The notes beneath the pieces were generated by a model. It had not been told where the DNA came from. It did not search any database and worked only from the letters and a program-made list of their open reading frames with translations. A stretch of DNA of 11,880 nt from a virus. Lineage: Duplodnaviria; Heunggongvirae; Uroviricota; Caudoviricetes. Within the stretch, counting starts at the first letter, position 1, and each line of letters starts with the position of its first letter. The position numbers were made by a program, and so were the translations under genes. The DNA lies in the IMG/VR virus record IMGVR_UViG_2695420427_000005; one strand, 5' to 3'. Below are positions 6,560 to 11,880 of the stretch, piece by piece.

Positions 6560-9129
6560 CCACCGCTCCCTGATAACATACCGCCATCACGCAACTGCAG
6601 CCGGAGTTCATCCTGTGCCCCCTTGCGGGCCATCTCATACACCGCTTTCATCAGCTGCGGCCCTGCCCGCCCGTTGGGGCCGTCGTTCTGAATCACCACG
6701 TGATTGTTCTGATTAAAATTAATGCCTTCCGCCCGCCGCATCTGCGCCGGACTTCCGGCACCGCCGACATAACCACCTTCCGCATAGCCCCGCATCAGGC
6801 GGTACAGATTGCCGACACCAATCCGGCTGGTCGCCTCCTTCGTGAAGACAAACTCCCCGCGATGAACAATCCCCGCAGGTTCATATTTACCCCCCGTCCC
6901 CGTAAATCCCCCGGTCGCGAAATGGAAGTTCGCCGCCGCAGCCTGAATGGCCGTCCCCGTGGAGGCAGACGCACCACCACCGAAAGCACCGCCAATGGCG
7001 CTGCCGATACTCCCGACTATCCCCACCATCGCCTGCTTCAGAAAAATCTCTGTCAGCATGGACAGCACAGAACGGGTGAAACCACGCCAGTTCTGTTCGC
7101 TGCCGATCAGCATCGCTGCCATATTCTGTGCAATACCGTCAAAGGTCTGCGTGGCCGCGTTTTTAACCTGCGAAAAACTGTCCGTCGCACTTTCCGCCCA
7201 CTCGCCCCAGCCGGACTTCATCCCGGCCATCCAGCTTCCACGAAGCTGCTCCTCCGCAGACCAGGTGTTCTTCAGTGCAGATGTGGCCTTCGCCAGCGCA
7301 GCCGGATTATCACCGTACACCTCACGAAGGCGCTGCTCTTCCGACTCCCGCTGCGCCTGACGGTCGGTGAGTCCGCGGGCTTTTGCGCTGATTGCCGCCT
7401 GCTTCGCGCTCTGCTGCTGTTCAAACCGCGCCGCCTGCTGTGCCAGCTCATTCAGCCGTTTCTGGTGTTCAATCTTGTCGCCCAGCTCAGCCAGCTGGCG
7501 TTTGTACTCCAGCGTTTCTTTCTCATGGGCCAGCAGGGATTTTTCCTGCTCAGATAACTGCCGTTTCGTGGCGGCCTCTTTCAGGACCACATACTGATTT
7601 TCCGCTTTCCATAAATCACGGCGCTGCTGGCTGATTTTTTCATTCGCACCGCTGTGCTTCTCCAGCGTCCTGAGCTCAGTTTCAAGCGCCAGCAGGGCTG
7701 CATGCGCCTGGTCTTCCTGGCGCTCACCGGCAGACACCTTCACACCGGACGGCTTTTTCTGCGTCGACTCATAATCCTTTTTTGCCGACGCCATCAGCGT
7801 GTTGTAATCCGCCTGCAGGATTTTCCCGTCTTTCAGGGCCTTATTCAGCTCTTCCTGCCGGGCGGTATATTTCTCCAGTGGCGTCAGCAGGCGCTCATAC
7901 GCCTTCTGCGCCTCTCCGGTATACTTCAGCTGTGACGACTCACGCTCAGCCCTGTCCCTTGCCGCCAGTTCACCGGCTTTTTCCATATCCGACTGCAGCG
8001 TTGCCGCTGCCAGACCCAGACGGGCATTTTCCCGGTCATCCCATGCGCCCTGAAGGTTGGCCCGGAAAGAGGAGGTTTTACCGCGGCGCTGGCTCCGACT
8101 CTGGTACCACTGCCATTTTTTATCCGCCTCATCAAATGCCTTCTGCGCACTGGCGAGCATATCCGCTGAGGATTCCGGACGACCGATATCCAGAATGGCA
8201 TCCCACATCGATTTGAATGCCTTCCCTGTTTTATCCGCCCAGGTCTCCAGTGTTCCCATGTTTTCTTTCAGGCGACGGGTCTGCTCATCAAAGCCTTTCG
8301 TGGCGATATCGTTCGCCGCCTGCAATGCCCCGGCCTCGTCTCCGGAACGCTGCAGCTGTGCAACATACGCAATCTGCTCTGCCGTCACGTTACGGAACTG
8401 GCGCGCCATCGCCATCAGTCCCGACGTCGGGTCAGTGGTCAGCTTCCCGAAGGCTTCAGCGACTTTATCCACCTCCACACCGGATGCAGACGCAAAACGC
8501 GCGACACTCTGGTTGATGGCATCAAACTGTTCACCACCACGCACACCGGCATTCACCAGGGCTGCCAGTGACTCTCTCGCCTGGTTAAACGTCAGCCCTG
8601 CTGCCTGCCCGGCTCTTGAGAGAGTCAGCATACGATCGGCAGTCAGTCCGGACTGATTACCGGAAAGAACCAGGGTTTTATTAAACGCTGAAAGCGTGGA
8701 ATCTCCCTGGTACCAGGCGTACACCAGTGCACCTGTCGCCACCGCCAGCGAGGTGACCCCGACCATCGGCAGGGTGATCGCATCGGCAAGCCCCCTGAAC
8801 ATGGGGATCATCCCGCCGAAGGAGTCCTTCACCTGACCGCCCTGTTGCAGCAGGATCAGCCAGGGATTCTGACCACCGGCAAGCTGCGTGGCGATATCCG
8901 TAAACTGTGCGGGCAGGGTTCGCATGGCCGCTTTATACTGCCCGACGGAAATCCCGGCTTTTTGTGCAGCCAGCGCCTGGCGGCTCAGGCCCTGTTCAAC
9001 AGCACTGGCGGTTTTTCTGGCGTCGGTATCCAGACCTGAAAAATGACGCCTTACCCGGCTCATCTGCTCATCGAAACGGACAGCATCCAGACTCAGGTCA
9101 ATAACAAGATCACCAACCGGCTGGGACAT
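6556..9129 (-). CDS. H: Tail tape measure protein H
   Basis: 857 aa (lambda gpH is 853 aa), starting MSQPVGDLVIDLSLDAVRFDEQMSRVRRHF ...; long coiled-coil-rich middle and Gly-rich C-terminal region; lies between G-T and M. Confidence 0.92.
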   Translation of the reverse strand: MSQPVGDLVIDLSLDAVRFDEQMSRVRRHFSGLDTDARKTASAVEQGLSRQALAAQKAGISVGQYKAAMRTLPAQFTDIATQLAGGQNPWLILLQQGGQVKDSFGGMIPMFRGLADAITLPMVGVTSLAVATGALVYAWYQGDSTLSAFNKTLVLSGNQSGLTADRMLTLSRAGQAAGLTFNQARESLAALVNAGVRGGEQFDAINQSVARFASASGVEVDKVAEAFGKLTTDPTSGLMAMARQFRNVTAEQIAYVAQLQRSGDEAGALQAANDIATKGFDEQTRRLKENMGTLETWADKTGKAFKSMWDAILDIGRPESSADMLASAQKAFDEADKKWQWYQSRSQRRGKTSSFRANLQGAWDDRENARLGLAAATLQSDMEKAGELAARDRAERESSQLKYTGEAQKAYERLLTPLEKYTARQEELNKALKDGKILQADYNTLMASAKKDYESTQKKPSGVKVSAGERQEDQAHAALLALETELRTLEKHSGANEKISQQRRDLWKAENQYVVLKEAATKRQLSEQEKSLLAHEKETLEYKRQLAELGDKIEHQKRLNELAQQAARFEQQQSAKQAAISAKARGLTDRQAQRESEEQRLREVYGDNPAALAKATSALKNTWSAEEQLRGSWMAGMKSGWGEWAESATDSFSQVKNAATQTFDGIAQNMAAMLIGSEQNWRGFTRSVLSMLTEIFLKQAMVGIVGSIGSAIGGAFGGGASASTGTAIQAAAANFHFATGGFTGTGGKYEPAGIVHRGEFVFTKEATSRIGVGNLYRLMRGYAEGGYVGGAGSPAQMRRAEGINFNQNNHVVIQNDGPNGRAGPQLMKAVYEMARKGAQDELRLQLRDGGMLSGSGG

Positions 9130-9981
9130 ATCTCACACCTCCCGGAATCCCCGCTGAAGCCATCATTAATGCGGCATCATCCACCATGACATCCGCCACA
9201 TCCGCAGACGATAAAATATCGCGCCCTCCGTCCCCACCGAACCGGACGCCTCCGGCAAGTCCTGCCGCTTTCTGCATCAGCATTTTGTCCTCATCCGGCC
9301 TCTCCACCTGCTCTTCCTCATGCCGGGGGACAAGCAGGCTGAAATCAGAGGGATGCATATCCGGATCGCAAAAAAACAGGCTGAGTACAGCGTACGTCAG
9401 CCCGGAAAAATGCATATCCAGCTGGGTATCCTGAAAATAATGCGTGCGGTAAAAACGGCGCCAGTCGGCATATTCGGTGGATGTCATCCCGGCAAGCATG
9501 GCGCGCCAGTCGGGTCTCCCCATCTCACGCGCCAGTCTGAGGGCAAAGTTCAGCTCGCCGTCGAAGACTTTCCCGCAGAAAAATCATCATCAGTCAGCGT
9601 GTTATTTTTCGCCACTTCAGTAATATCAGTATCCGGACGAACAGCTTCGATCATCCCGGACAGGCACAACACCACGTCTTCCGCCCGGGCAATGGCATCG
9701 GCAGGCCAGGTGGTGAGCACTTCCTGCTCTATCTTCATCACGGCCTCATTCATTGACGGTGACTGCGTTTTCTGTGGATGGTTATGCCACAGGGACATCG
9801 CCACCAGAAACGCGCCGGTTCTGACGAGATCTTCCACGCTTACCTGCAGGTTGCCGCTGGATTCTGCCTGTTCTGCACGCCGTTTCAGGAGGGCAAGATG
9901 CTCGATACGCTGCAGCGCAGACAATTCGGAAAGCGTGACAGACACACCGTTATATTCAAATTGTTCTGTTTTCAGAAACAT
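9110..9981 (-). CDS. T: Tail assembly chaperone G-T fusion produced by programmed -1 ribosomal frameshift
   Basis: Slippery sequence G GGA AAG on the minus strand (plus 9568..9574). The -1 frame continues VFDGELNFALRLAREMGRPDWRAMLAGMTSTEYADWRRFY ... to the stop at 9110..9112, matching lambda gpT. Frame arithmetic (G codons at coordinates 0 mod 3, T codons at 1 mod 3) fits a -1 shift. Confidence 0.8.
9550..9981 (-). CDS. G: Tail assembly chaperone G
   Basis: 143 aa, MFLKTEQFEYNGVSVTLSELSALQRIEHLALLKR ..., ending ...DDDFSAGKSSTAS. The slippery heptamer lies about 5 codons before the stop. Confidence 0.9.
   Translation of the reverse strand: MFLKTEQFEYNGVSVTLSELSALQRIEHLALLKRRAEQAESSGNLQVSVEDLVRTGAFLVAMSLWHNHPQKTQSPSMNEAVMKIEQEVLTTWPADAIARAEDVVLCLSGMIEAVRPDTDITEVAKNNTLTDDDFSAGKSSTAS
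9568..9574 (-). other. Programmed -1 frameshift slippery heptamer GGGAAAG of the G / G-T pair
   Basis: Exact X XXY YYZ heptamer in the correct phase with the G reading frame, at the conserved position near the G 3' end. Confidence 0.75.
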
Positions 9982-9994
9982 GTATTACCTCCGT

Positions 9995-10747
9995 TTACCC
10001 TGCAGCGCCCGCTTCAGTAACGGTGACTTCAGCCACTGCGGCGAACTGACCATTTCCGCTCACCACAGGGATCTGCACCTTACCTGTCGCCACGCCGTTT
10101 ACCGTAATTGTCATATCTTTCACACTAATGGTGGCTTTCGACGGATCGGCGGAAACCGCTCTGAACGTCTTGTCGGTTGCACTTTCCGGCTCAAAAGAAA
10201 CCGTCAGGGTGGTTGTTTTCCCTTTTGCCACCGTACCGGATGTCGGCGTCACCTTAATCGCACTGACCGGCGTAATTTTGCTGCGTTCTTCCGCTACAGA
10301 AGGTTTACCCACGTTAGTGACTTTCACCGTGCGGGTGATCACTTCTTTCGCCGTCACGGCCTTACCGATACTGCTGACCCAGCCACGAAACACATCCACC
10401 GTGCCATTCGGAAAACGGATTTTATAGGCCCGGACATCGCCGCTTTCAAACCAGCCTATAAGCCCTTTCTGGCCTTCCTCTCCCGGTTTCCAGGCCAGCG
10501 TAAAACTGGTATCACCTGCAGATTTCTGCCCCTGCCCGGTCGCGCTCCAGTCCGCGTCTTCATCATCCAGGTAGTTATCATCATAGGATTCAGCCGTCAT
10601 CTCGCCCGGCGTCAGATCCTTCACCTTAGCCAGTCGCTGCCAGTCATCGTCTGACAACGGGTTTGCATAAGCATCAGCCTTGCCGTTGTAAACCCACAGA
10701 GTGGTACCGGCACCTTTTACCGGCTCCAGGGGATTTGGTGTTGCCAT
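9995..10747 (-). CDS. V: Major tail tube protein V with C-terminal Ig-like domain
   Basis: 250 aa, contains ...[48 protein letters not shown] ... [37 protein letters not shown] ...; strongly similar to lambda gpV. Confidence 0.92.
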   Translation of the reverse strand: MATPNPLEPVKGAGTTLWVYNGKADAYANPLSDDDWQRLAKVKDLTPGEMTAESYDDNYLDDEDADWSATGQGQKSAGDTSFTLAWKPGEEGQKGLIGWFESGDVRAYKIRFPNGTVDVFRGWVSSIGKAVTAKEVITRTVKVTNVGKPSVAEERSKITPVSAIKVTPTSGTVAKGKTTTLTVSFEPESATDKTFRAVSADPSKATISVKDMTITVNGVATGKVQIPVVSGNGQFAAVAEVTVTEAGAAG

Positions 10748-10754
10748 ATCGTCC

Positions 10755-11150
10755 TCACATCTCGTATGTAATGGAATAAGTCAGATCCGCAGAGCTCCAT
10801 AACGCCATATCGTCATCACGACGATACTCATAGCCCTGCGTAACCATCGTGGTAATCAGTCCTGCCAGTGCAGGGATCGCAGTCATCGCCGGATAAATCC
10901 GGCTTTCCATCCACTGATCGAGCTCCGAATCAGGTACCTGTGCCGGTAAAAACACCTCAATATGCAGTGTGGCCCGCCAGGTATCTGCATCCAGCTCTTC
11001 ACCGGTATACTCTGCATCCGTCAGATAAACCGCGATCGCAGGAAAATCCTCTTCGTCAAAAACAACGGGGCGACCATCAAACAGCGTCGCCCCGTGTTCA
11101 TGCTGCTCGAGTGCATCCAGCACTGCGGCACGAATGTCAGTGTGTTTCAT
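10755..11150 (-). CDS. U: Tail tube terminator protein U
   Basis: 131 aa, same length as lambda gp[38 protein letters not shown] ...; overlaps the Z stop by 4 nt (ATGA). Confidence 0.92.
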   Translation of the reverse strand: MKHTDIRAAVLDALEQHEHGATLFDGRPVVFDEEDFPAIAVYLTDAEYTGEELDADTWRATLHIEVFLPAQVPDSELDQWMESRIYPAMTAIPALAGLITTMVTQGYEYRRDDDMALWSSADLTYSITYEM

Positions 11151-11722
11151 CGTTTTATCGCAATCCTCAGTTGTTGTTTCAGCGCGTATGCCAGTTCTTT
11201 AGGCAGGCGTTCACGCCGGATACGGTCAACATTCTCATCAAATGCCTGTTTCAGTGGGGCCGCCATCGGGATTTTCACCACCTGAATGGGAAGGCGATTA
11301 CGCTTTTTCCTTCCCTTGTCGTCATTGCCCTCCTCATATCTGGCCTGGGGAAGACGTTGCATAACATGCCAGCGCCCATTATTTAATCGCTGGATAAATG
11401 CCCGCTGATAACGATGCTGACCGGCTTTGAGTATGCTGTTCGGACGACGCCCCAGCATTCTGATCCCCAGCTTAATCACAGGGAGATCACCGCGGTTAAC
11501 GATAATTCTGGCATTCGGATTTCTGACCGTCGCCCGTTTCAGTCTGGACCGTTCCTTTACCAGTTTCCGTCTCACCCTGGTTTCCCGGGCAACCTGTGAC
11601 GAAGACTGATTAATCGCCGTTGTGGCCACGCGGTTAATGGTCATTGCAGAAGCAGCCGGAATGGCGTTTTTACGAACCCGGCTCAGATTGTCAATCGCCT
11701 GATCAAGCCCTTTTATCGCCAT
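11147..11722 (-). CDS. Z: Tail completion protein Z
   Basis: 191 aa, MAIKGLDQAIDNLSRVRKNAIPAASAMTINRVATTAINQ ...; length and sequence similar to lambda gpZ (192 aa); located between FII and U. Confidence 0.92.
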   Translation of the reverse strand: MAIKGLDQAIDNLSRVRKNAIPAASAMTINRVATTAINQSSSQVARETRVRRKLVKERSRLKRATVRNPNARIIVNRGDLPVIKLGIRMLGRRPNSILKAGQHRYQRAFIQRLNNGRWHVMQRLPQARYEEGNDDKGRKKRNRLPIQVVKIPMAAPLKQAFDENVDRIRRERLPKELAYALKQQLRIAIKR

Positions 11723-11736
11723 AATTCACCCTGCGT

Positions 11737-11880
11737 TTATCGTCGCCGGTTAACTGCGGGTGGTTGCCCACGGTTGAGCCAGAGATAACAGCTGCCCCCG
11801 TCATCCGGAGATGTCAGCGCCAGTGATATAAGACGGTAATTCGCCATTTGGATTGTCCGCTCCACCCAACATGTTGTTTC
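11737..11880 (-). CDS. FII: Head-tail joining protein FII, C-terminal 47 codons only (5' end beyond window)
   Basis: In-frame translation from the window edge ends ...SPDDGGSCYLWLNRGQPPAVNRRR stop, matching the lambda gpFII C-terminus (...SPDDGGSCHLWLGRGVPPAVNRRR). Stop at 11737..11739, 14 bp before the Z start. Confidence 0.75.
   Translation of the reverse strand, partial: ETTCWVERTIQMANYRLISLALTSPDDGGSCYLWLNRGQPPAVNRRR

Noticed and set aside
6556-9129. Possible internal anomalies in the tape measure gene H (long antisense ORFs, repetitive Ala/Gln-rich stretches)
   Set aside because: The H frame is open for 857 codons with a lambda-like length; the repetitiveness is the normal coiled-coil composition of tape measure proteins.
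9110-9523. 137-aa ORF as an independent gene starting at an internal Met
   Set aside because: It is the -1 frame continuation of G (the T portion of the G-T fusion); the sequence upstream of its first Met in the same frame is also gpT-like, back to the slippery site.

Overview
This window is the tail-morphogenesis module of a lambda-like (lambdoid) prophage or phage, entirely encoded on the minus strand in lambda gene order: FII (3' end only) - Z - U - V - G / G-T - H - M - L - K - I - J (running off the window at position 1). Assignments rest on my reading of the six-frame translations against remembered lambda proteins; no database search was run. Two regions depart from the lambda layout. 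First, the host-specificity gene J is disrupted: an in-frame TGA at codon 68, and a 651-bp block (1331..1981) that duplicates the adjacent downstream segment in a divergent allele and sits one nucleotide out of register. Second, the I-J spacer is about 343 bp, versus roughly 60 bp in lambda as I recall it, is AT-rich, and carries plus-strand promoter-like and terminator signals (antisense to the tail operon) but no convincing ORF. This looks like a moron-type insertion encoding one or two small RNAs, and it is the best candidate for something undescribed. The long plus-strand ORFs in the track are antisense shadows of the GC-rich tail genes. No tRNA, rRNA, CRISPR array or transposase was seen.
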